Below, piece by piece: positions 23,578 to 33,896 of a DNA stretch of 34,557 nucleotides. The stretch's first letter is position 1. The number at the start of each line of letters is the position of its first letter. Below the pieces are notes generated by a model. The model saw only the letters and a program-made list of their open reading frames with translations, searched no databases and was not told the origin of the DNA. A program made the position numbers and the translations under genes. Origin of the DNA: Callorhinchus milii (Eukaryota); contig NW_024705559.1 of NCBI RefSeq assembly GCF_018977255.1, forward strand, positions 1 to 34,557, in the 5' to 3' direction.

Positions 23578-24095
23578 CAGTAGAACCTCGGAGATCGAAC
23601 GCACCAGAAGTCGAACAAATCGGTGTTCGAACGATATTTCGGAACATTTTTTGCCCCGGAAACCGAACGAAATTCGGAGGTCAAACGGGCAATCGCGACT
23701 TGAAAGAATCTGTACGGCTGAGATGCGTATGGCCAAGCGTGCATGACGCTTGCCACAGACAAAGGTTTTACCACCTCCTCCGCACCACCTTCCACTGAAG
23801 CCATCAACTCTCCTTACTACAGGTAAAGTGAAGCTGAATGTTCATTTATTTAATTTATTCCATTTATTTATTCATTTATTCCATTTATTTACTGTGTTTC
23901 TTTTTTTATGATTTTATGCATGTAATTACTGTAAACTTCGTGTAAAAATGCTTTATAATGAGAGATTACTTGTGTCTGGAACCAATTAATGTCATTTACA
24001 TTAATTCTTATGGGGAATTGAATTCGGTGTTTGAACAAATCGGTGTTCGAATGGCCTTCTGGAACGAATTAAGTTCGATCTCCGGGGTACCACTG
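23578..24095. mobile_element. Tigger/pogo-like MITE
   Basis: TIRs CAGTAGAACCTCGGAGATCGAAC / GTTCGATCTCCGGGGTACCACTG, TA TSD, subterminal GAACAAATCGGTGTTCGAA repeats. Confidence 0.85.
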
Positions 24096-24129
24096 TATAA
24101 GAATTTAAATGTATAAAGCGCCCTTATAT

Positions 24130-25640
24130 AATTGTTCTCAGGGCACTCTGCATGAAAAGGTGGAAGTGAGAAAGATGTTTGAAAATAACTAAAGAGAAAT
24201 TCCATTTTTAACAGATATGTTTTAGTCAAGATTTGTAGTGTCTTAGAAGTCCTGACCTCGAAGGGAAAGGAGTTCCAGAGTTTAGGTGCCACAATTGCAA
24301 AGGCACCGTCACCCCAAGTGTGTAGCCGAGACCATGGTACAGTGAGCAATGCGTAATCTGAGGATCTTAAGGATCTTGTTGGAATATACGTGGATGAAGG
24401 TCATGAATGTAGGGAGGAGCAAGTCAATTTAAGGCCATGAATACCAGTGTAATGAGCGACTTCTGCGACACGTCGTGTAGAGGGTACTCTACTTTATTCT
24501 ACGTATGGGCACAGCACAGGCCAACGTTATCGGCTTCCTCTCCATGCACATACTTAGATATTAATGTTCTACAGACTACACACACGGTTGATCACACGGC
24601 GGGTTCCGCCCGTCCGCTCCCAGTCTCGCCGCTGGCTGACGGCGTGCCGGGGAGGGCGGTGGAACTGCACAGAGATCTGCACCGTGGCCGAACGACGGAG
24701 AAAGATGACGGCGAGCAGCGACGCAGTCCAGACCCAAGACTCCACACACCGACCCCGAGTCCTCCTCCGCGTCCGCTTATATTGCCGCAGTCGCGGCTAG
24801 GCTCCGCCTCCGGCCACGCCCTCTCGTGGAACTTTCTATCTGGTTCTCGGAGTTTCTCGGCCGGCCCCGCCCTTCACATTTGGCTCAGATACCTCTCCCT
24901 TTGGAGATTGGATAATGTTTATAATGGTGCCTGTACCCGTGCTTCCCTTTTCCAACCAGTAGATGTCACTATCTCATTACACCAGCAAGAGAATCTTAAA
25001 ACCAATACGGGTACGGGCAGGGAGTCAGTGATAAGGATAGGAGCACAGGTGTGATGTGATCCTTAGCTAACTACTGTAGCCTGTTTAGGAGCTTGCTCGG
25101 GGTTCCAAAAAGCAGGGCATTACAGTAGTCAGTGGATCAGTCCTTCAGTGTGCAGTGTTAAAGATGTGATGGAGCCGGGATGTGTTTCTCAGGTGGAAAA
25201 AAGGTTCTCACGGTTCTGTTGACATGGGGCTAAAAGGATAAAGTTTGATCTAGAAGGACACCAAAATTGTTGACCTCGTGTTTGATCGAATTTACAACCA
25301 TCAATAACCAAGTTAAAAGGGATTTATTTGGATACCTGATGGAGCAAACCGATTAAAATAAAAAATACAAACTTGTGTTTTATCATTAATTTTAAGCAAG
25401 CTTTGAGACATCCAGGCTTTGACATGAGAAATTGACTGTGCTAAAAATGAACCTGTAGATGCACCATCAAATCCCACCTGTAGGTAGATCTGAGCATCAT
25501 CTGCGTAACTGTGATAGCTGAGCCCTTGGTGTGGTAATAAAGAGCCAAGTGGGGCCAAATAGACAGAGAACATGATGGGGCCTAATACTGATCCCTGAGA
25601 GACACCGTGATGAACTAAGTTGTGGATGTATAGTTGCCCA
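24130..25640 (-). mobile_element. L2-clade LINE, decayed 3' part of ORF2
   Basis: [30 protein letters not shown] motifs at about 25480-25610, and LTVPWSRLHTWGDGAFAIVAPKLWNSFP C-terminal motif at about 24260-24350. Confidence 0.85.
24448..24981 (-). mobile_element. Solo LTR (Gypsy-like, 4-bp TSD) inserted in an L2 element
   Basis: TGTAATGAG..CTCATTACA termini and CCAG TSD. Minus-strand CCAAT (~24909), GC boxes (~24865, ~24815), TATAA (~24779) and AATAAA (~24495). The L2 reading frame rejoins across it (RIGFKILLLVFMALN). Confidence 0.85.
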
Positions 25641-26053
25641 TCGTCAATAAGAATGGAACAAATTGTCAAGACAATGTGTTTTCGGCCACTGCGTTAAGAT
25701 AACTGATCGGTATAAAACATTTTTATTCGTGGAATACCATGGGAAGGGGAGTAAACTCGTATGTACGTTGAACTTCTTTGGCACCGTACGTAGCCAACCG
25801 TGCTAATCGGAGGTGCGGGAAGGACAACAAACTAAACACAAAAAGCAATTGTAAAGAAATGCGTTTTAAATCTAGATTTTAAATTGCATAGCTCGTGACT
25901 TTCTAATCAGAAGAGAGTTCCAGACGGCCGCAAAAGCAAGTCAAGGAGGCAATGTATGGAAACAGAAATTGGAACGAGAAGGGGAAGAGAGAAGAGAAAG
26001 GTGGGAAATAGGAGAAAAGAGATGGAAAAGGAACAGAGAAAATGTATAAGTAT

Positions 26054-26526
26054 AACCCGTAAAAACTAAGTTTTTCACTATAAATCCTTTATATGCGTGG
26101 CAGCGAACTTAATATAAAGGATTTAAAAAATATATTCGCCTGTGGAGGATGCAGGGATCGATCCCGCGACCTTTGGCATGGGAAGCGAGGGCACTACCAA
26201 CTGCACTACTCCGCCACGGCCTGTGGAGGGGTTACGCTCTGGGCTCTTATACTGTGACGTTCAGCCAAAGCCAAGAATGAGTTCTATTTCAATATATGTA
26301 AAATAATTTTTTTTTGCCTAAAAAGTGTAAAATTTTGGGAATTTTTTTCACGAACATTAATTTTCTGGCACAACGAGTCTGTGTGGAAAATGTCAGCTCG
26401 ATTGGATCACGGGAAGTGGGTTCAAAAAACGACCGAAAGATTTGCACGGTCGTAAGCAAGCAAGCACGCAAGCAAGCATGCACGCAAGCAAGCAAGCAAG
26501 CATGCGAACTTAATATAAAGGATTTA
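26054..26526 (-). mobile_element. Helentron-like element of the same family (composite: a mini copy plus a 5' part)
   Basis: AACCCGTAAAAAC..AAATCCTTTATATGCGTGG and GAACTTAATATAAAGGATTT blocks shared with 14775-15155, plus a (GCAA)n tract. Confidence 0.65.
26143..26215 (-). pseudogene. tRNA-derived sequence (degenerate, Ala/Gly-like)
   Basis: 73 nt GGCGGAGTAGTGCAGTTGGTAG..GGTCGCGGGATCGATCCCTGCATCCTCCA with A/B-box-like motifs but poorly paired acceptor and anticodon stems. Confidence 0.55.
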
Positions 26527-27299
26527 ATAAAAGGGGTCAGAAGAGATGAGGTTAACGGGAAGAGGCTCCACATGAGCCTCAACGCTGCTGCACGGAGTCG
26601 CGTCTGATTTTCAAGGAGAGTGTCCACACACAAGTGACGTGATTTAGGGAGGGTTTAGCTGATTGAGATGCAGTATATACATGGGAATCTGGCTCTAACA
26701 GTTCTTACAGGTGGGGATGAGAGTCTTGGACCCGGTGCTATGCACGTTGAGGAGACCGCATACAAAACAGCTTCCCATTGGTCAGGCTATGTCAGGACAT
26801 GGACTATCCTGAAATCACCCACACGATATGTTGTCAGCCCTGTATCGAGCCGATTTGCACTATAGCGTGTCAAGGTTTTTGTTAGGATGAACATTCCATT
26901 TCTGTCCAGTTTCTATGTGTATGTCTGACGTGTCCCACCCAAAACATTTTGTTCATGATTTTACGACTAAGATATTTCTTCTCTCATGATTTTGTGACAA
27001 CTAATCATAGGATAATAACCCAATCATAGTAAATTCGGAGAAAAAATTATGGCTGGGTGGCTGGAGGGCAGGATGGTCACGTCCAAAGGACTTGCAGGCT
27101 ACTCGTCCATTTGTTTGTGTTAATTTTCTCCAGTTGCTCGAGTTTCATTCTCACATCGCAAAACACCCTTAACACATAATTGGTCACACATCTCGACGCA
27201 GGGCCATCGTAAAAACGAGTGAAACTTAAATGGTTGAATACAACGTAATTATTTATTTCCATTAGATATGTTTAAGTCATACATGCAATATAATTTAGA

Positions 27300-27700
27300 G
27301 CTCTTTGTCAATCCACTGCTGAGTGAAGGCACCTTCCCGTTCCGCATTGGTTGTGGGGGTTATTTGAGAAGGAGAAGAGGCCAATGATTGGTGCAGACCT
27401 CATTCACCACTGACGTTAGCCATGGCTGGGACTCAAACCTAGGTGATGGGTTCAGAGCGCAGTGCGAAAATGACTCCCCATTCTATGACAATGCAACTAA
27501 ATAGTACAAATGGGCGGTGCGGTAGTGCAGGGTTTAGCAAACTGCACTAGCAATCCAAGTTACGCGACAAACAACCGGCTGCGATTGATATCTGAACCGA
27601 TCCTTGGAGTTACCTTCTCACGTGAGTGTAATCACACAACTCACATTGACTGACATGGCGTGGGAGGCCTCCATCCAGCAGTGGATTGACAAGGGGCTGT
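27300..27700. mobile_element. Diverged tRNA-SINE-like copies with CAGCAGTGGATTGACAA tail
   Basis: The tail is shared with 6353-6420 and 1748-1780. tRNA-like heads occur near 27430-27465 (minus) and 27512-27550 (plus). Confidence 0.5.
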
Positions 27701-27905
27701 AAATTACGACAAAGTACATTATTATTTAACACGTGACCTTTCAAGACCAATACGATTGATAATATATGTTTCAATCAATCAGTTTGCGTGATTAAAATGT
27801 GCGTTGTACACTCTGGATTGTGGATCGCCCTCCGACATACCAGCCAGTGGTGCTAAAGAATACACAGGGATGCTTGTGCACCTGTCAACTTTATTAATTG
27901 GCTAT

Positions 27906-28292
27906 GGGGCCGTCCATAAATGACGTCACGCGATTTTGGACGATTTCCCCCCCCCCCCCATCGTCACACGGCGTCACAAAAAGTCAGACCCCCCCTCAAA
28001 TATGATGTCACAAAGCTCTGCCCCCCCCCCTCCCCAATAAAACATGCTTCAAATCGCTTTAAGCTATTGTCATTGTAGTGCGTATTTAATGTGGCGCTGC
28101 ACTCTGATGTTGTAGGATAAAACATTTATTAAAACTTCTATTTAATTAAGTAGAACGTGTTGTCTATGTTTATTTAAAGTTGTGCATTTTGATGTGACGT
28201 CACATTTCTCACCCCCCCCCCCTCGTCACACATCGTCACAAATATCTGACCCCCCTCCCCCTAGGTGCGTGACGTCATTTATGGACGGCCCC
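27906..28292. mobile_element. PIF/Harbinger-like MITE, copy 2 (inverted relative to copy 1)
   Basis: Same TIRs, 3-bp TSD TAT on both sides, interior is the reverse complement of copy 1. Confidence 0.82.
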
Positions 28293-28581
28293 TATGTCGA
28301 GTGTATGTATGTGTGTTCAACTTCTTTTGCACCGTACATGGCCAACCGCGCTAATCGAGATGCGGGGTAAGGGTGGAGGATGGTGTAAGACATACATTTT
28401 ATTTCCGCAATCTGACCCAAAAATGTATTACGAAGTATCTTATTGTTATAGTTTATAATCAACTGGACACGACTTTAGTTTATTCTTTGACATCACTGGG
28501 ACGGGCAATGCCAACCATGATTGTATACACCTGATGTACCAGTAATGTCGCCCAGTAATCACTTTTGTATGAATATTCGGG

Positions 28582-28753
28582 CTAGTATACCACGTTCACG
28601 TGAGAGCCATCATCCCACACGTCGAGCTTAACCTGACACAGACTCAGCGAGTCCATCCTCCCAGGGATGACGATGAAGACGTATTGGCCCCGCTGTGATT
28701 CACACGGGAAGCGCGCCGATTGGCCCGGAGTCACAAAGATGTCTTTTGCGCAC
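28582..28753 (-). CDS. F-type lectin domain, C-terminal exon
   Basis: Acceptor CTGTCTTCCAG|G. The phase-2 junction restores L-C. CAKDIFVTPGQSARFPCESQRGQYVFIVIPGRMDSLSLCQVKLDVW resembles the FTLD C-terminus (F.C..M.GRYV.I.IPG....L.LCEV). Stop TAG at 28582-28584. Confidence 0.8.
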
Positions 28754-29213
28754 CTGGAAGACAGCGCGGCGGTGCGACAGCGATCAGAGCAACGCACGAC
28801 CCAGGAGCACACAGCACGAGTGGACACGTGGCAGCAAGACGCTTCAGAATTCGCCAAAAGCCGCAGTTTTGTCTCCACTCCGAAAAGCATTTGAATCTTA
28901 AAAAACAGAAATATTGTTTTTGTGGCCACTCTCATACAAAAAAACCCTTAAGTTTAAACAGTGTAGGTGGCACATTCAGCAGTGACAATTCTATAAATTA
29001 ACCTATGGGGCTTGTACCCCCACCCCCACCTCGTAATGGCTGAAGTAACAATTAGGTTCACGTGAAAGCTAATTATGACCAATGCCACCATGACTCACCA
29101 TCGCTTCCTTACTTCTTCCAGATCCCGCAGGTGGTGACAAGTGACAGCTGAGGATAAGGGTTCGCACTTATTGGGTGTTTAGTGCCCCAGTATTTCAAAA
29201 GTGCCTCACATCA

Positions 29214-29284
29214 TACTCTTAGGTTTTTTCTGGTAAAGTCACGTAGGTAAAAATAAATAATAAAAATAAATAATAAACATATAA
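29214..29284 (-). mobile_element. Short Penelope pLTR fragment with target-site duplication
   Basis: GGTAAAGTCACGTAGG block flanked by direct repeat TGCCTCACATCA (29202-29213 and 29285-29296). Confidence 0.75.
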
Positions 29285-29893
29285 TGCCTCACATCACTTT
29301 ACATTATGGGAACCTCATTTGCCAGTAAAAATATGATAATTGTTTTTTTTACCCTTCTATCTGGCAACAAAACTGACACCTTTTTACAAGGAGTCATGTT
29401 TGCATAGACCGCAATACCTGCAGTCATAAAACAAACAAAAGATATAACTCTGACAATGTGCACTGTCCTTGAAGTTGATTGGTCCACACCCGAGACAGCT
29501 TTCCTTAGAGCCTAGCCAAAAGGCATCATCTGGTCCAACCCATGTGAGACTAGGCCAGTGGCGGCTCCTGCAAAATCTCTCAGGGGGGGCAAATGTCTGG
29601 ATGATTGATAAGGATAAGGTCCACCCATGCAATGGATAAATTAACAGCTTAAGCATGTAAAGGCAACTTCACTTCTTTAATATTAATGAAAAATAAAGTG
29701 ACTCTTACAATACATCTTGTTTGTTTCTATACTCACTATTAAAACAAACCACTCAAGTTTATTTTATTAAAGATTCCACTAGATTTTGATTTAAAACTTT
29801 CGTGACTGCAGGGATTCATCTTCTTGGTTCTTTCGGTAAAGTCACGTAGAAGGGAAGTAATAAAATAATAAAAATAAAACATAATAAAATTAT

Positions 29894-29940
29894 TCTCACG
29901 ACGTTTCGGCCACAACGCAAGCAGCCGTCCTCAGGTGAAA
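29894..29940 (-). ncRNA. Minimal type I hammerhead ribozyme motif, best-paired copy
   Basis: Minus strand TTTCAC-CTGAGGA-C-GGCTGC-TTGCGTT-GTGGCC-GAAAC-GTC-GTGAGA. 6-bp stem I and 6-bp stem II, counting G-U pairs. Confidence 0.8.
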
Positions 29941-30128
29941 ACCAGGTCCGTCGAGGCGACAGAGTCTGAATGAAACAGCACACGAGCTTGGAGCATATAT
30001 ATAAGCTGGGCGCCTTGACAAAGGAATTTGCATATCAAGAGGAATTTAGCATATTTATGGGAAATGCAGGAATGTGATTAGTACTACATATGCATGTGCA
30101 TTATGCAGGATTAACAGCATCAAAGGGA

Positions 30129-30196
30129 GCTGCAGTTGCTGCTGCTGCTGCAGTTGCTGCTGCTGCTGCAGTTGCTGCTGCTGCTGCAGTTGCTGC
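30129..30196. repeat. Interrupted CTG/CAG trinucleotide repeat
   Basis: 18-bp unit GCAGTTGCTGCTGCTGCT repeated three times inside the Penelope-derived insertion. Confidence 0.9.
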
Positions 30197-31760
30197 CTTA
30201 TCCATTTTAATATAACACTATGTATTATTCTACCCACCGTAATGTGTATCACACTGCTATATATTTACTATACAATTACGACACCATACATTACTCTGCA
30301 CACTGCACCATGCCAGTGAGTGGAACGTTGTGGCCGAAACGTCGTGAGAATAACTTGCGTTGTGGCCGAAACGTCGTGAGAATAATTTTATTATGTTTTA
30401 TTTTTATTATTTTATTACTTCCCTTCTACGTGACTTTACCGAAAGAACCAAGAAGAAGATTCCACTAGGTGGCGATAAATGATATTGTTGGATGAAACGT
30501 GCTTACGTATGATGACGTTAAGCACGTATGATGACGTAAGCACGTTAGGGCGAGCCCTCCCGGAAGCCATAGAGAATGCATTGCAGCGCCCCCGTTCGAA
30601 AAAAACATCTTTCAATGTAAGTCTATGGGGCCACTCGGGGCGATTCTCAGCCGGAGTGAAATCGCCCAAAAAGAGGCGGTACTCCACAGAACGTGACATG
30701 ACGCTGATTGGACTATATCCAGAGGCTGACAGTGACGGCTAGCGTGACTCTGTGGTTCAATGACATTGGTGGTGCGTCGCCCAATTGCCCTAATGAAGAA
30801 ACCGCCCCTGGACTAGGCTCTAAGGAAAGCTGTCTCGGGTGTGGACCAATCAACTTCAAGGACAGTGCACATTGTCAGAGTTATGTTTTTGTTTGTATTA
30901 TGACTGCAGGTATTGTGGTCTATGCAAACATGACTCCTTGTAAAAAGGTGTCAGTTTTGTTGCCAGATAGAAGGGTAAAAAAACAATTATCATCACTTTA
31001 CATCTCAAACATTCCAATGCCCGCCTGTAGTTGTGTATATCTCTAGCCTGGGGGGCAGCTGACCTCCAAGATCTCATCCCACTGCTGGAAGTGTTACACT
31101 GGTTGTGGATGTGGGAACCATCCCTCCAATACTTGCGGCCCCCTGTTTCCTGTGTCGTGGGATCTCCACTGGTTAGGGGCTTGTATCGGGGAAACCTGCA
31201 CAATGTAGTGAGTCATCAACTACGAGTTGTCAGACCCCAGAAACCAAGCCTGGTTACTACTTGGAATGGATGATCACTAACACGTGCCCAGGTAATACAG
31301 ATGTGGGGTCGTGATGTGACTAGGAGTTCATAATAGAGGTTTTTGGGTTAGATTGCATAGAAAAAATGTGTCGTTAAAACCCGCCACCACCCGACACAGC
31401 CAACTAGTAAGGGTTGTTACGTAAACAGAACGTGGCCAATTCGTCACTAGTACAGCACTAACCGGTGTGTTGGAGAGCCAAGCCACAACATTTAGAATCT
31501 GAGTATGGATGATATTGGTCGCGAAAGCCTACGTGTTAAACTAACTGTTCAGTGTCACCCCCTCGTATGTGGCTCTTCTCCGGGTACTACCCACTTGCCT
31601 GCATTACTACCCACATGCCTTCGATTATCACGGTTGGCGACATGCAGGTGCGAAAGAAGTTCAACATGCCAAATGCTTCATACTCTTAGGCTTTTTCGGT
31701 AAAGTCACGTAGGTTAAAAATAAAATTAATAGAAGTAATAATAGAAATAAAATAATAAAT

Positions 31761-31803
31761 CACGACGGTTCGGAGGCAACACAAGTCTCCGTCATCAGGT
31801 GGG
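31761..31803 (-). ncRNA. Hammerhead motif with core mutation (GAAAC to GAACC)
   Basis: Minus strand CCCAC-CTGATGA-C-GGAGAC-TTGTGTT-GCCTCC-GAACC-GTC-GTG. Confidence 0.65.
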
Positions 31804-31855
31804 ACCGTCACAGCTAAAATTACTGCATCAGGTGAGTAATTTTAGCTGTGACGGT

Positions 31856-31899
31856 CCCACCTGATGACGGAGACTTGTGTTGCCTCCGAAACGTCGTGA
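31856..31899 (+). ncRNA. Minimal type I hammerhead ribozyme motif
   Basis: Plus strand CCCAC-CTGATGA-C-GGAGAC-TTGTGTT-GCCTCC-GAAAC-GTC-GTG. Confidence 0.78.
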
Positions 31900-32125
31900 T
31901 TTATTATTTTATTTCTATTATTACTTGTATTAATTTTATTTAAAAATTTTACCTACGTGACTTTACCGAAAAAGCCTAAGAGCATGAATCCTTGCAGTCA
32001 CGAAAGCTTCAAATCTAGAATGCCAAATGCTCATCAATGGAAGATCCCCAATGCAGGACGCTTCTCTTTGTGTGACCAGGCGAGGCTTTGCTGGGGAAAT
32101 AATCGGTATTGGTGTTGTTACTTAC

Positions 32126-32398
32126 AGGGCATTATCGTTGTGATTGGACGATTCTCCCACTTTAATGTGCGCTCCAAAGAGACGAATGCCCTCCGCGTCG
32201 TCTCGATTGGTGATCCTGACGGCGTCCACCGTGTACACGTCGTCAAGCTCGATGCAGAACCAGGGCTCCCACTCGTAGCTGGTGGCGCTGCACATCCCAC
32301 TGCAGAAGTTGGTGCCGTTGGTAGCGTCGATGGCTTTGGACGCTTTGTGGTCGGGCCCGACTGTGCTCGACTGCATCGCCTCCCGTACGCCACGCTCA
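32126..32398 (-). pseudogene. F-type lectin (fucolectin) domain, N-terminal exon, with apparent frameshift
   Basis: Acceptor TTTTCTTTGACCAG|, donor CT|GTAAGT. SVAYG in one frame, then AMQSSTVGPDHKASKAIDATNGTNFCSGMCSATSYEWEPWFCIELDDVYTVDAVRITNRDDAEGIRLFGAHIKVGES in another. Matches the FTLD pattern NVA..ATQSS..A..AIDG..C.HT..PWW.VDL..V.ITNR.D..RL.GAEI.IG. Confidence 0.85.
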
Positions 32399-33896
32399 CT
32401 GGTCAAAGAAAATGTTCATGACAAGGAGTCAGCGACGGCTCATGACTCCATGTTGAGGCGGCTACAAATTCTACCCCCGGTTTTCGAATCTCAGGCGACA
32501 TGTATGCAGGTAGATTTGTTGAGTGACCGGAATGCAATGGCCGAGGTGGCCTCGTCAGAGCGTTCTCCACCGGATGGACACGCGGCAGCCCGTGCAGCTT
32601 ACCCAGCAGAACCGTTCTGGTGGGAGCGCAGCATTCATTGATTCATGATTATCTCACAATTCCCACACATTCCGATTTGAATAAAGCGATCTGCATGCAT
32701 CGCCTGAGACTGGAAAATGTCCTCAAGTTAGAGTGTGTTATGCCATCGCTTGATAGGGTAATAACAATCTCCGAATACAAAAAAAAAAACATTGTTAGTC
32801 AAAACCGTATTACTCTCGCTAAATAATTACACCGGTTAATAAACAAGAACCTTATTGAAGACCTGAGGAAGGAACATCCCTGGTTTATCTCTGCCCCGAC
32901 AATTGAGGACTACTCTGAACTGTCTGAACAACACATGGAAGGTGTGCAATATTTCCTCCGTAAATGAAAAACCGGGAATGTGGTGAGGTGCAAACCATCG
33001 TCCGCACATCACTGATGACCGCCCAAAACAATACGCGTATTCTGGTGTAACGAGCGGAATCCGCTCAGCTACCCCGGATGATGTGTAATGGTTTATAAAT
33101 TAAATATACAAAAACAGCAAAAGCTCTGTTATTCGGCACTTTACCATCCGGAATGCTCTTATTAACGGGCATCTGTCATAGACGGCAATATGAGTCTTCC
33201 TTTGCGCATCCGTGCACATTTTTGTTCTCGTTATTCATGTATTAATCTTTCAGTTTTGGATTTGCTAAGAAGTGGGGGTTTTGTGCTTGCATCATCAATT
33301 GATGTGCAGTGTTGTGGGATGGAAATTGCATGACGCTCTATAAAATGTAATAATTATTACTTGTTGTTTACGGGAGCTTCAGGACGTTGCCGAGTGATGG
33401 CACTAGCGACAGTCTATACAAATAATACTCTACCGCTGCATTTTGTACTCTAAACGGGCCCCACTGCTTCTCTACAATCAACTTAGAATGTTCTACAACT
33501 CACCGGTGAGTACCTCTGTCAAAGAGCATATTACTTCTTATGCCATCATTAAAACGAAGGGCTTAGGTTTTTTTCTTGAAAAGTTTTATGTAACTTGGAA
33601 AATGTGGTGAACCATAAGTATAACTCTTAGATAACCGGCATATTTAATTAACCAGCACCCTTAATTCCCCATGGATTCTGGATAACAGATTTGTTGTTGT
33701 TGTTACTGTATATCCTTTCTCCCCCCCCCCCCCCCCACAAACACCATACGAAACAAGAAAATTATTATTGACAAAGATCCTAATTATATTCCAATTGAGT
33801 GAAAACAAGTCTCGCGATCGATTGCGAGATTGGCCCCGGGAGATGCTGTTCCTGAATGACTTCTGAAGTCACCACTATGCCCTGCAAAGTGTTAAT

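Larger units (their letters stand above)
29783..30455. mobile_element. Penelope family B insertion: 3' end with pLTR (minus) plus inverted partial pLTR (plus)
   Basis: About 29820-29920 is the inverted repeat of about 30355-30455. Flanked by direct repeat AAGATTCCACTAG (29770-29782, 30456-30468). Confidence 0.8.
29556..30810. mobile_element. Non-autonomous hAT-type DNA transposon
   Basis: Termini CAGTGGCGG / CCGCCCCTG and a perfect 8-bp TSD GACTAGGC (29548-29555, 30811-30818). Confidence 0.85.
29305..30990. mobile_element. Family A head-to-head insertion, split by a hAT element
   Basis: Minus copy 29305-29515, plus copy 29516-29555 continuing at 30819-30990. Direct repeat CATCACTTTACAT at 29292-29304 and 30991-31003. 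Confidence 0.8.
31678..32019. mobile_element. Palindromic head-to-head double pLTR insertion (family B)
   Basis: Near-perfect ~145-bp arms around a ~10-nt spacer near 31830. Direct repeat ATGCCAAATGCT at 31666-31677 and 32020-32031. Confidence 0.85.

Noticed and set aside
24437..25054. 205-aa plus-strand ORF, or a host-gene promoter at 24750-24950
   Set aside because: The region is explained by a GC-rich solo LTR with TG..CA ends and a TSD, inside an L2 element.
26143..26215. Functional tRNA gene
   Set aside because: Acceptor and anticodon stems do not pair well, and it is embedded in a repeat.
18801..28295. Compound transposon mobilising LETMD1 exon 1 between the two MITEs
   Set aside because: The outer flanks (AAA versus TAT) do not form a shared TSD, and copy 2 has its own TAT duplication.
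30055..30319. PolyQ / polyC ORFs
   Set aside because: Translation of a CTG microsatellite inside a Penelope-derived insertion.
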